Shown piece after piece: positions 19,744 through 28,845 of a stretch of 64,000 nt of DNA (positions are counted from its first letter, which is position 1; each line of letters opens with the position of its first letter). The notes beneath the pieces were generated by a model, which was given only the letters and a program-made list of their open reading frames with translations, was not told where the DNA came from and did no database searches. Origin of the DNA: an uncultured Nitrospiraceae bacterium (GTDB lineage: Bacteria; Nitrospirota; Nitrospiria; Nitrospirales; Nitrospiraceae); the NCBI GenBank assembly GCA_963720035.1, contig CAVREB010000016.1:87756-151755 (forward strand). The letters run 5' to 3'. The position numbers and the translations under genes were made by a program.

Positions 19744-20287
19744 ACACTAAGACTCTCCTCTATGAAGGAAAGATCATACTGCACAACAGAGTGTTGTTAC
19801 GACCCTGGTAAATGAGGAGTAGGTAGAAATTTGGTTGGGTTCTCAGAAACCTTTGCCCAGTCTTACAACATCGGAATTATCTGCCATAACTCCGTCTCTT
19901 CCGGGTCCAACACAAGGTACTTGATGGCACATAACCACTCTTTCGTCACTCTGTCCACTGATGGTCGGTAATACCATAACGTACTGTTGTGATGCTTGCG
20001 ACAAGCCAGACAGAAGTGTTCAAACCCGATCCTCCACACTGAACGGCCCTTTCAGCCTTGACTTCGTTGGGTCCGTGCCACCCTCACTTCCGACTCCTGC
20101 TTCTCGACTACGTTAACTTGGTGCCAAGTTGCCCCGGTTGCTTACCCAACAATTTCACAAGACGCTGTTCGCCGGCCGGCAATGACTTCGCGTAGTGATC
20201 CAATCTCGTCGTCGCCTTCGCGTGACCAGGTGGCTTGGGCACATAGAGCAGCAGTACTTTGCTCAAGAGCAGTAGTGAAGCAACCCA

Positions 20288-21085
20288 TTATTTTTTCCAG
20301 GGGGGAAGTAGCATCCCGCTTTTGACCGCGATGACGACGGCATTCACGAGATCATCGGTGTAAAGTTTCCTTTTGATCTGCTGCAAGTGTTCCCTGACCG
20401 TGCGCTCACTGATCCTCTCCGCTGCCGCAATCTGTTTGCTAATCTCTCCCTTGGCACGACGCTCAAGGACGGCGGTCTCGCGCTTCGTGAGGAGCGTGCG
20501 CGGGTAGGCACGCTGGCTCGCCTGGACCAGCCATGGAACAATTAATTCGAATTGTTTGAGGTGGGCGCGGCCACTCCGTGCGGATGACATGGCGGCAGCA
20601 AACATTACGAAGCGGTCTCGGCTGGCGAAGCCTCCGCACAGTGAATATTGCAGACCGGCCTGGGTCATCCGCGTCAGCAATTCGGGATCAAATTGCGCCT
20701 TCAGACGCTTCGCGGCATCGCACCACAGGAAAGCTCGCTTCAACCGAAGCCATTCCTGAAACGCGGGACTCGTCCACAACGCGCCGGTGGTGAGACGCCA
20801 GCGGATTAAGTCAGTGGGAAAACCCTCATTGAAGATATAGCGGATGGTCATACGCGAGGGATAGCCCCATGTGCCGGTAAATTTCTCGTACGGGATGACC
20901 GCTCGGAGGCGCTCCAGGAGTTCACGAAACTGCTTCGGGGTATGACACCGAGACGCAGTGGCCTTCAGTTCCTGAAGGGAGGCCGCACGGTCAGAAGAAG
21001 GGATACGTCTGCTTCGAGCAACCTTCGACCCAGAGAGAGTGCGTCGCTTGACACTCGAAGCTGATGAGTCAGAGCTGGAGCCCAT
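20288..21085 (-). CDS. LuxR-family transcriptional regulator (solo)
   Basis: C-terminal LuxR/GerE HTH: LTKRETAVLERRAKGEISKQIAAAERISERTVREHLQQIKRKL. The N-terminal ~170 aa form a ligand-binding-like domain. No luxI-type gene is nearby. Confidence 0.8.
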   Translation of the reverse strand: MGSSSDSSASSVKRRTLSGSKVARSRRIPSSDRAASLQELKATASRCHTPKQFRELLERLRAVIPYEKFTGTWGYPSRMTIRYIFNEGFPTDLIRWRLTTGALWTSPAFQEWLRLKRAFLWCDAAKRLKAQFDPELLTRMTQAGLQYSLCGGFASRDRFVMFAAAMSSARSGRAHLKQFELIVPWLVQASQRAYPRTLLTKRETAVLERRAKGEISKQIAAAERISERTVREHLQQIKRKLYTDDLVNAVVIAVKSGMLLPPWKK

Positions 21086-21232
21086 CTCAACCTCCCCTTA
21101 GGCGGGACGAGCATACCTCCTATTTATCCAGCTTGTCACCCTCGTGAATGGGCCGGTATACCGTCTCAAAGACTTGGAGCGGAAATGGTTGACGTTGACG
21201 CTGCCGAAGGGAAAATAAAGGAAGGAACTCGC

Positions 21233-21625
21233 ATGCCTTACCGAATCGTATTCGACCCGACGAACCGGATCCTTCGAGCCCAGTTCGAGGGACATGTGAC
21301 GGATGAAGAGTTGAAGGAAGTGTATCGACTCGGACAGGCACAGGCCGCACGAATCGATCCGCACGCTGGCATCACTGATTTTTCCGACGTAACTACCGTG
21401 GTGTTCTCTCCCGAGACGATCCACGAGCTAGCCGCCTCCACCCCGATCATGCGGGATCCGAGCCGGCCGGAGGTGTTCGTGGCGCCGACTCCTCACGTCT
21501 TCGGGATGGCGCGCATGTTTAAGACGCTAGGAGCGGAGACCCGCCCGAACCTGCATGTGGTTCGAACGCTGGCGGAGGCGTATGAGGTCCTCGATGTCCG
21601 GGAACCCCAATTCGAGCCGATCTGA
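21233..21625 (+). CDS. hypothetical protein, possibly STAS/SpoIIAA-like fold
   Basis: ATG 21233 behind AAGGAAGGA, 130 aa. The fold assignment is only an impression from the sequence pattern. Confidence 0.5.
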   Translation: MPYRIVFDPTNRILRAQFEGHVTDEELKEVYRLGQAQAARIDPHAGITDFSDVTTVVFSPETIHELAASTPIMRDPSRPEVFVAPTPHVFGMARMFKTLGAETRPNLHVVRTLAEAYEVLDVREPQFEPI

Positions 21626-21844
21626 AACCGGGTTGCCCAAATTTCCCCAAAAAAATGGCTGACACCGGTTGGCGAAGCCACATCGAGCGTGGGTACACCA
21701 CGCAAGCAGCGGTCAGGATCGACTGTCGGACAGTGGCTGCGGCTGGGCCCCGCACCCTCAAGGGCTTGATCTTGGCGCTGATTGAGGAGCGAATTCAGAA
21801 GCTTGAAAAGATGGGGCTACTGCCGAAAGGGAAGAATTACGCCA

Positions 21845-22405
21845 ATGGAAAAGATCGTCGAGTATCAAGGATACACAATTCAGTCCGCCCCGCATCACCC
21901 AGAAGACGGTGAGAAATGGGGGCTTCGCATCTACATCTCTGTGGAGGATCACCGTGGCGTCCGCACTCGCGAATTCTCGGTCAATGTTGTGTATGCGACG
22001 GAGCAGGAAGCCGATATCCATGGGATTGCCTATGGCCAACGCCTCATTGATGGGAAGGTGGAAGGCCGATCCGTCATGGATATGAAGACGACGGATCGCC
22101 GGATGACGCCGCGGCTCCGTGTGCAATTCCGCACCATGTTTTCAGCGGACTCGACCCTGGAAGGGACGGGCATCGTGCTGGATCTGTCTATGGGCGGATG
22201 TCGCATCGAGAGTCCGGTCACCGTGGAGCCGGGTGTGTCGTTGGAGCTGCGTATCTATGCGCCAGACATAGAATGGCCGCTCATGGTTGAGGCGGCCAGC
22301 GTGCAGTGGGTGAGCGGCCAAACATTCGGGCTGGCCTTTTTTCGGATCACGGAAACTGAGCACCGGCGTTTGGGGCAGGTGATCAACGATCTGATGGCGG
22401 GTTAG
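21845..22405 (+). CDS. PilZ domain protein with unknown N-terminal domain
   Basis: RMTPR (RxxxR) and DLSMGG (DxSxxG) in the C-terminal half. The N-terminal ~85 aa are unassigned. Confidence 0.7.
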   Translation: MEKIVEYQGYTIQSAPHHPEDGEKWGLRIYISVEDHRGVRTREFSVNVVYATEQEADIHGIAYGQRLIDGKVEGRSVMDMKTTDRRMTPRLRVQFRTMFSADSTLEGTGIVLDLSMGGCRIESPVTVEPGVSLELRIYAPDIEWPLMVEAASVQWVSGQTFGLAFFRITETEHRRLGQVINDLMAG

Positions 22406-22433
22406 CCGTGGGAGTGGCGGGCGCAAACTCCGG

Positions 22434-22652
22434 CTATTTGTGCCGTACCTGAACCAGCCCCATCGCGAGACAGATAATTGCGGGCCACGAGGTTAGAAAG
22501 AACAAGAGGCCTGGACCAATTGGATTCGGGTTCGGGTCAGGCCAGAGGCCCAACGCCGCCAACAGAACAATACCCAACAGCGGACCCCACCCAAAGGTTA
22601 CAAGTGCTAGTCCAACCTGGATCCAGCGATTGCTGAGGTATTCGTTCGTCAT
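22434..22652 (-). CDS. small membrane protein (72 aa)
   Basis: Two hydrophobic helices (WIQVGLALVTFGWGPLLGIVLLAALGLW; LLFFLTSWPAIICLAMGLV). Confidence 0.45.
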   Translation of the reverse strand: MTNEYLSNRWIQVGLALVTFGWGPLLGIVLLAALGLWPDPNPNPIGPGLLFFLTSWPAIICLAMGLVQVRHK

Positions 22653-22959
22653 CCGTGCTCGTTAACGCGTTCAATTGTCGAGTATACCGACAAGCATAGC
22701 ACGCACAGACAGACTGTATAGTGAAGAGGTGATTCTCGCGCGTGCGTAGTCACTTACTGAGGCCGCCGTGGGAGGGGAAGATGGCGCGCAAGTCGTCGTT
22801 TGTTGGTAGCCATCTTGTTTCCTCCTTTGTTGAAATGAAGTTGGCTCTCTCACAGAAAGAGGAGAGCCAATGCACATTTCAGGGAGGAAACGTGAGGCAG
22901 AGGCCGTTGCCGGCGTGCCGGAGAGGACGAAGCAGCGGGAGTGACAGCTCTAGTGGCGC

Positions 22960-22996
22960 GAGCGGTGCGCCTCGCAGGTGCTAGCCGGCCGGCCAG
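22960..22996 (+). repeat. direct repeat DR2, copy b
   Basis: Matches 12857..12893 in 36 of 37 nt. Confidence 0.9.
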
Positions 22997-23453
22997 ATCG
23001 ATACGCCAAGATCCGGGCATGGTCGAACTGTCGATATGTCTCAATCACTCGCGGGGATGTTGGCCGGTCTGAAGGTGGAGCGAGAGAAAGAGCCCCTGCG
23101 CCGAGGGACGGCCCCATCCGCCTGGGTGTTCTGTTCATCCGAGGGGACATTGCTCGACGAGAGCAACGTCCGCAAGCTAATGGCGCGCGTCTTGAAAAAA
23201 AGCTGGGCTCCCGCTTCACTTTACCCCGCATTGTCTGCGCCATACCTACGCGAGCCTGATGCTGCAGCAAGTGGAGTCTCTGGCTTATGTACAGCGCCAG
23301 CTCGGACATGCGAGGATTCAACTCACTGTCGATACCTATGGCAAATGGCTCCCGATGGGGAATAAAGGGGCGGTGGATCGGCTCGATGAAATCCGGACGG
23401 TTGGGAGTGGTAGCAAAATGGTAGCAAACGAGGGGAGTGAGATCGCTAAGTTG
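22960..23453 (+). pseudogene. tyrosine recombinase (phage-type integrase) relic: C-terminal catalytic half only, frameshifted
   Basis: Spliced across three frames it reads ERCASQVLAGRP / GQIDTPRSGHGRTVDMSQSLAGML...FCSSEGTLLDESNVRKLMARVLKK / AGLPLHFTPHCLRHTYASLMLQQVESLAYVQRQLGHARIQLTVDTYGKWLP. This includes the HxLRHT and catalytic Y region. The N-terminal ~half is missing and no proper stop occurs before the tRNA. Confidence 0.8.
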
Positions 23454-23528
23454 TGGAGCTGGCGAGAGGAATTGAACCTCCAACCTGCGGTTTACAAAAC
23501 CGCTGCTCTGCCATTGAGCTACGCCAGC
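23454..23528 (-). tRNA. tRNA-Thr (anticodon UGU), CCA encoded
   Basis: Manual cloverleaf: GCTGGCG TA GCTC AATGGCA GAGC A GCGGT TTTGTAA ACCGC AGGTT GGAGG TTCAATT CCTCT CGCCAGC T CCA. 75 nt, and all stems pair. Confidence 0.9.
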
Positions 23529-24289
23529 TACAGGAGTGATTTGTCAGGAGAATTCAGACACGGCTGAGAGCCCGCCATCTACGACAGTGGCCACCACATG
23601 CCCACCGAAAGCCCACAACGGATCGTGATCGAGTCGTTCAGTCGTCCGTTCGGTCGCGATGCACCGCATCGATCAATTCCACTGTCCATGCGTGGTCAGA
23701 AAAATAACCACGCGACTATATCACGGCGGAGGAACGTCCTACAAATCCACCTAAGGTCGGGTGGCAGTTACGCAGGCGACCAGGGGAGTCGCTGCTAGCC
23801 CAGGGATTTGATCCGTACAGCCGAAGTCAGCTGCTTGAATCTCCACCTTGAGCAAGACGCATGTTATGGCTGAACCGGTCTTCAAGCGCAGTTCAACCAA
23901 CGTCACTCGCTACGTAGCATCTCCCTCTCATCTTGACCTCTCCTTCAGGGTGTTCCTGCCCCATACAACCGAGACGACGTCTATTGTCTCGAATCATGAA
24001 GCCTGCTATCCTCGCATTGGTTCCGTCGCATTCTGGTATGCCATCCTTCGCTTAGCGGAGAACTGGCAGGCAGATGTTTCGCGTCACCCATCTGCACGTT
24101 TGATTTTGTATGTCACCCGCATTCTCTGTGAACCGCTCTTCCTCGAAACACGTTCCGACAGTGGCACCTATCCTCGTCTCTGCCAGGTGCTTGGCGAGAA
24201 AAATTCCTCACAGCTACCTGTAAAGGTCTCATTACGACGATCTCAGGGAGCAGGGTTACATTTTCTAGAGACAGAGGAAGCTAGAGAAT

Positions 24290-26071
24290 TTGACTCTTCA
24301 GGCACGACTGGACCTCGATAAACCCTGGTGGTCGGGAATCTTGCTTCCCCTGGCGTTGCTCCTGTCTTTTGCGGTCGCAGTCGGAGTGGTGTTTTATACG
24401 ACGGCTTCTTTGAGAGCCGTGCTGGTCGAGGAGAGGGGAGCAGATCTCGCCAGAACGGCTGCCAGGGTCGCGGACAGGCTCGATCGTGTTTTGTTTGAGC
24501 GGTTCGGTGATATCCAGGTGTTTGCGAATGACAGAGTGCTCTTAGAAAGCAAACCGGATGCGAAGAGAAAGAGGTTACTGCAATACAAGAAAATGTACTG
24601 GCAGTACTCCTGGATAGGAGTGACCGATGAGACCGGTCGAGTCGTCGCGGCGACCGACTTGTTGACCAGGCCGGATACAGGTGGGACCACAAAGGGTTCG
24701 GCAGAAGGTAGGCAGGACTTCACTCAGGCAGACTGGTTTAAGAGAGTGAAACAGACAGGGAAGGTACACCTGGACGGGGCGCAGATTTCCCCAGAGTCAG
24801 GGAGGATGCTGGTGGTGGGGTTCTCGGCTCCGATCTCCGGGCCACAGGGAGAGTTTAGAGGAGTGGTGACGAGCCAGGTCCCGCTGGAGAGTCTACGGAC
24901 CATTCTTGAGCAGGAAGCGAAGCTCCAACATGGAGAAGAAGCCCACGACTGGTTGGTGCTGGACCGTCAAGGAGCGATCATCATCGAGAAGGGCCTACCG
25001 ACGGGTTTGGACAGTGACCTGCCGATGATGGATCTGTCTTCCGTAAGGCGAGCAGCCGAGGAGCGTGACAAGTCCGGCTTTGTGGAAGAACTGCACCAGC
25101 GCCGGCAGATTCCTGTGGTGACCGGCTACGCGACCGCAGGAGGCTACAGTAAATTTCCCGGATTCGACTGGACCGTGTTGGTTCGGTTGGACCGTGACCG
25201 TGCCTATGCTCCGATCAACCGGCGTGTCTGGGCCATCGTCTCGGTTGGGCTCCTGCTCGTCATGCCGCTGGCAGGCTTCGGCGTGTGGGCGTCGTGGAAG
25301 CTGGTTCGCGAGCAGCGCATTCTTGTTGAGTCACAGCAGGCTCTGAAGGAAAGCATCGCCGAACTCAGCCGCTCCAACTCGGATCTGCAACAGTTCGCGT
25401 ATGTTGCCTCGCACGACTTGCAGGAGCCGCTGCGGATGGTCGCCAGTTACGTGCAGCTTTTGGCGAGGCGCTACAGGGGCAAGTTGGATTCCAATGCCGA
25501 CGAGTTCATTGAGTATGCCGTGGACGGGGCCAAACGCATGCAAAATCTGATCAATGACCTCTTGGTGTACTCACGTGTAACCTCGCAGGGCCAAGTCTTT
25601 GAACCGGTGGACTGTAATGGGGTTCTGGAGGAGGTGGTGAAAAACTTAGGGGTCGCGGTGGAGGAGAGCCGGGCGGTCGTGACCCATGATCCTCTCCCCA
25701 CAGTGATGGCCGACGAGAGACAACTGGGGCAGCTCTTTCAGAACCTGATCGCCAATGCCATCAAGTTCCATGGCAAAGAGTCCCCCCGGGTCCACGTGTC
25801 GGCTGAACGGAGGCCAGGCGATTGGCTATTCTCGGTGCGCGACAATGGCATCGGGATGGACCCCCAGTATGCGGAGCGTATCTTTGTCATTTTTCAGCGC
25901 CTGCACGACAGAGAAGAATATCCCGGCACCGGCATCGGCCTTTCCATATGCAAGAAGATTGTGGAACGCCATGGCGGACAAATCTGGGTGGTATCACAGT
26001 CAGGTCAGGGGGCGACCTTTCATTTCACACTACCGATAATCGGCCAGAGCGACAGGGCTCGTGATGCTTGA
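24290..26071 (+). CDS. sensor histidine kinase with periplasmic Cache-like domain
   Basis: TM, ~290-aa extracytoplasmic region, TM and coiled coil. H-box FAYVASHDLQEPLRMV and HATPase boxes (FQNLIANAIKF, DNGIGM, GTGIGLSICKK). TTG start. Confidence 0.85.
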   Translation: MTLQARLDLDKPWWSGILLPLALLLSFAVAVGVVFYTTASLRAVLVEERGADLARTAARVADRLDRVLFERFGDIQVFANDRVLLESKPDAKRKRLLQYKKMYWQYSWIGVTDETGRVVAATDLLTRPDTGGTTKGSAEGRQDFTQADWFKRVKQTGKVHLDGAQISPESGRMLVVGFSAPISGPQGEFRGVVTSQVPLESLRTILEQEAKLQHGEEAHDWLVLDRQGAIIIEKGLPTGLDSDLPMMDLSSVRRAAEERDKSGFVEELHQRRQIPVVTGYATAGGYSKFPGFDWTVLVRLDRDRAYAPINRRVWAIVSVGLLLVMPLAGFGVWASWKLVREQRILVESQQALKESIAELSRSNSDLQQFAYVASHDLQEPLRMVASYVQLLARRYRGKLDSNADEFIEYAVDGAKRMQNLINDLLVYSRVTSQGQVFEPVDCNGVLEEVVKNLGVAVEESRAVVTHDPLPTVMADERQLGQLFQNLIANAIKFHGKESPRVHVSAERRPGDWLFSVRDNGIGMDPQYAERIFVIFQRLHDREEYPGTGIGLSICKKIVERHGGQIWVVSQSGQGATFHFTLPIIGQSDRARDA

Positions 26072-26128
26072 AACGATCCGGAAGGCTTCTACCCCACGTT
26101 TGACCTTCACGTAAGGAGACACGACCGC

Positions 26129-26593
26129 ATGGACACGTATACGAATGTCAGGCCCGTGCAGATTCTTTTAGTGGAAGACAATTCCGGTGATGTCCGTCTC
26201 ACGATTGAGGCCCTCAAAGAGGCCAAGGTCCTCAACAAGCTCATGGTCGTCAAGGACGGCGTCGAAGCCTTGTCATTGCTGCGTCAGGAAGGGCAGTACA
26301 CACACGTTGCGCCCCCGGATCTCATCCTGCTCGACCTCAACCTTCCCAAGAAAGATGGTCGAGAGGTGCTGGCTGAGATCAAGAACGACGACAAGCTGAA
26401 ACACATTCCCGTGGTTATCCTCACGACCTCTCGGGACGAACAAGACGTATTGAAGAGCTACAACCTCCACGCCAATTGCTACATTAGCAAGCCGGTGGAG
26501 TTGGACCAGTTCATTAGGGTAGTGAAATCGATCGAAGACTTCTGGCTCGGGATCGTGGTGCTGCCGAAGAGCGAAAAGAGCAAGGGCGAGTGA
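26129..26593 (+). CDS. single-domain response regulator
   Basis: [10 protein letters not shown]...[14 protein letters not shown]...ANCYISKP. Receiver domain only. Confidence 0.85.
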   Translation: MDTYTNVRPVQILLVEDNSGDVRLTIEALKEAKVLNKLMVVKDGVEALSLLRQEGQYTHVAPPDLILLDLNLPKKDGREVLAEIKNDDKLKHIPVVILTTSRDEQDVLKSYNLHANCYISKPVELDQFIRVVKSIEDFWLGIVVLPKSEKSKGE

Positions 26594-26602
26594 GTTATAC
26601 GC

Positions 26603-27652
26603 ATGCGAATCCTCCTTATTGAAGACAACCCTGGCGATATCCGGCTGCTGCAGGAATATCTGAAAGAGGGCAGCACCTGCCAGTTTCAGATCACGCCAGC
26701 GGACCGGCTTTCAACAGGACTTGACCGCCTGGCTGAAACACGTTTTGATGCGGTGCTGCTGGATCTCTCGCTCCCCGACAGTCAAGGGATAGACACGCTG
26801 GTCCGATTGCATGAGGTCGCAAAGGGCGTGCCAATCGTCGTCCTGACTGGCACCGAGGATGACGTGCTGGGGGTACGGTTAATCCAGGCTGGTGCCCAAG
26901 ACTATCTGGTGAAGGGACAGGTGACCGGCCATCTGCTAATACGTTCCATCCGCCACGCCGCTGAACGCAAGCGGGCAGAGGAAGAACTGCAACGCGCGTT
27001 GGGCGAACTGCGTGCCCTCACGCGGCGGCTGGAAGCCGTGCGCGAGGACGAACGGACCAGGATCGCTCGGGAATTGCACGATGAATTGGGGATGCGAATG
27101 ACGTGCCTGAAAATGGACCTCGCGCGGCTGCAAACCATCATGAATGGCGCGTCTCGTTCCACAGTGGAGGAGAAGTTTCGGTCGATGATCGGGCTCGTGG
27201 ACACCACTATCGCGGCCGTGCAGGGTCTGGTCGCAGAACTGAGGCCCGGGGTGCTGGATGATCTCGGATTGGTGGCGGCTATCGAATGGCAGTGCCAGGA
27301 TTTTGAACGGCGGAGTGGCATCCGATGTCTCGTTGACGCGAAGGAAGAGGACATCCTGCTGGATTCTGCCAAGGCAACCGCAGCCTTTCGCATCTGTCAA
27401 GAGACGCTCACAAACGTCGTGCGGCATGCCGGGGCGAAGGAGGTCCGCGTGCACCTGGATAAGCTCGGTGGAGGACTGTTGTTGGAAATTCACGATGACG
27501 GTCGAGGGATCCTGCCGGAGCAATTGACGGATGCCAGGTCGTTGGGTCTGTTAGGGATGCGCGAGCGGGCAGAGGCTGTCGGGGGTGCTCTCAAGATTGT
27601 CGGCCTACCGGGGCAGGGGACGACCGTGACGTTGCGACTGCCCTGCAACTAA
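26603..27652 (+). CDS. hybrid receiver-histidine kinase (REC plus HisKA_3 plus HATPase)
   Basis: REC (ILLIEDNPGD...DAVLLDLSLPDSQG), HisKA_3 H-box RIARELHDELG, and an ATPase domain (GLLGMRERAEAVGGALKI). Confidence 0.85.
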   Translation: MRILLIEDNPGDIRLLQEYLKEGSTCQFQITPADRLSTGLDRLAETRFDAVLLDLSLPDSQGIDTLVRLHEVAKGVPIVVLTGTEDDVLGVRLIQAGAQDYLVKGQVTGHLLIRSIRHAAERKRAEEELQRALGELRALTRRLEAVREDERTRIARELHDELGMRMTCLKMDLARLQTIMNGASRSTVEEKFRSMIGLVDTTIAAVQGLVAELRPGVLDDLGLVAAIEWQCQDFERRSGIRCLVDAKEEDILLDSAKATAAFRICQETLTNVVRHAGAKEVRVHLDKLGGGLLLEIHDDGRGILPEQLTDARSLGLLGMRERAEAVGGALKIVGLPGQGTTVTLRLPCN

Positions 27653-27678
27653 GCCGAGGACACAGGTAGGGGGAGCAG

Positions 27679-28311
27679 GTGCTCAAAATTTTGATCGCCG
27701 ACGACTTTCCGCTGTTTCGGCGGGGGGTGAAAGAGTTGCTGGTCGACGGCCTCGGGGAGGTCACCGTTGGCGAATGTGGCAACGCGTATGATCTGCTGGA
27801 GCTGGTCCGGCTTAAGAAATGGGATGTGGTGATCCTGGATATCACCATGCCTGGAACTACCGGGACGGAGGCGCTCACGCAGCTAAAGACCAAATACCCG
27901 AAGCTGCCGGTCATCGTGCTCAGCATGCATCCGGAGGATCAGTATGCCGTCCGCATGTTCAAGGCTGGTGCGGACGGGTATCTGGCAAAGGCTAGCGCGC
28001 CAGAGGAACTCGTGAAGGCCATCAAAAAGGTACTCGGAGGAGGGCAGTATGTCAGCCCCGCGCTGGCAGAAACGTTGGCATTGACGCTCAAGGTCAGCAC
28101 CGGCGACAGCCCTCATGAGCAGCTGTCAGACCGTGAATATGAGGTCATGTGTCTCATCGCGTCGGGGAAAGCGGTCTCTGAAATCGCAGAGACGTTGCAC
28201 CTCGGGGTGACGACCATCAGCACCTATCGGGCGCGCATCCTTGAGAAGATGAATCTCAAAAACAACGCCGAACTCACCCGCTACGCTCTTCAACGCGGAC
28301 TTGTCAGCTAA
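27679..28311 (+). CDS. NarL/FixJ-family response regulator
   Basis: REC (ILIADDFPLF...DVVILDITMPG) plus LuxR HTH (LSDREYEVMCLIASGKAVSEIAETLHLGVTTISTYRARI). GTG start. Confidence 0.9.
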   Translation: MLKILIADDFPLFRRGVKELLVDGLGEVTVGECGNAYDLLELVRLKKWDVVILDITMPGTTGTEALTQLKTKYPKLPVIVLSMHPEDQYAVRMFKAGADGYLAKASAPEELVKAIKKVLGGGQYVSPALAETLALTLKVSTGDSPHEQLSDREYEVMCLIASGKAVSEIAETLHLGVTTISTYRARILEKMNLKNNAELTRYALQRGLVS

Positions 28312-28363
28312 CCAGCCGGTTCCTCTCTCGTCCCCGCAGGCCTCGCCGATCCGATTGCCATTG

Positions 28364-28388
28364 TTCTGTCGTTCAAACCACGACAGAA
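28364..28388 (+). terminator. candidate stem-loop after the response regulator gene
   Basis: TTCTGTCGT-tcaaacc-ACGACAGAA (9-bp stem) followed only by TTAT, so the U-tract is weak. Confidence 0.35.
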
Positions 28389-28488
28389 TTATCGAACTGC
28401 CACCGATGGCACCCCTGCGCGGAGGACGGTATAAGTAAGGTACGGATGATTCAGGTGCTCCACGCCACACTGTGCACAGGAGGGAACG

Positions 28489-28845
28489 ATGAAGTACGAA
28501 TCCACCCAGATCATTTCACGCATCGAATGGTGTCGGCGCCAGCAACAACTTCACTCGGTTACACGGGATGAACGCGCAGGCTGGCGGGCAGAGGAAGCCG
28601 GCCTCGTGGATGCCTTGGGCTGCAGAGATCGGATAGACTTCATGCGAGGGGAACACCAGTCTCAGTTTACGCGCTATCAAAGCGGTCTCGAGGATGGGCA
28701 AGTTCTCCTCCGCCTCAGCACGTCAACTCCCTGTGGCATGACACGTATGGAGGAATGGAGTCCGGCCCCGCTCATGACCCAGGCCCGGGTGAAAAGCCGT
28801 CCCTCACAAGACCCTCGGCCGGTGCATGTGGAGTCTCGACGATGA
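28489..28845 (+). CDS. hypothetical protein (118 aa)
   Basis: GGAGGGA RBS. First gene of three translationally coupled ORFs. No family recognised. Confidence 0.45.
   Translation: MKYESTQIISRIEWCRRQQQLHSVTRDERAGWRAEEAGLVDALGCRDRIDFMRGEHQSQFTRYQSGLEDGQVLLRLSTSTPCGMTRMEEWSPAPLMTQARVKSRPSQDPRPVHVESRR

Larger units (their letters stand above)
10581..23453. mobile_element. degenerate composite genomic island at tRNA-Thr (remnants of tandem or nested integrative elements)
   Basis: Bounded by the intact tRNA-Thr (23454..23528) and a 45-nt copy of its 3' half at 10581..10625. A further copy lies at 19236..19278, with degenerate copies at 15855 and 17162. An integrase relic abuts the tRNA. Lower GC, many fragments and orphan genes. 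Confidence 0.7.

Noticed and set aside
23848-24321. 157-aa ORF between the tRNA and the Cache-type histidine kinase.
   Set aside because: It has a TTG or unclear start, no RBS and no recognisable motifs, and it overlaps the kinase start. It is more likely a non-coding promoter or island-boundary region, though a hypothetical gene cannot be excluded.
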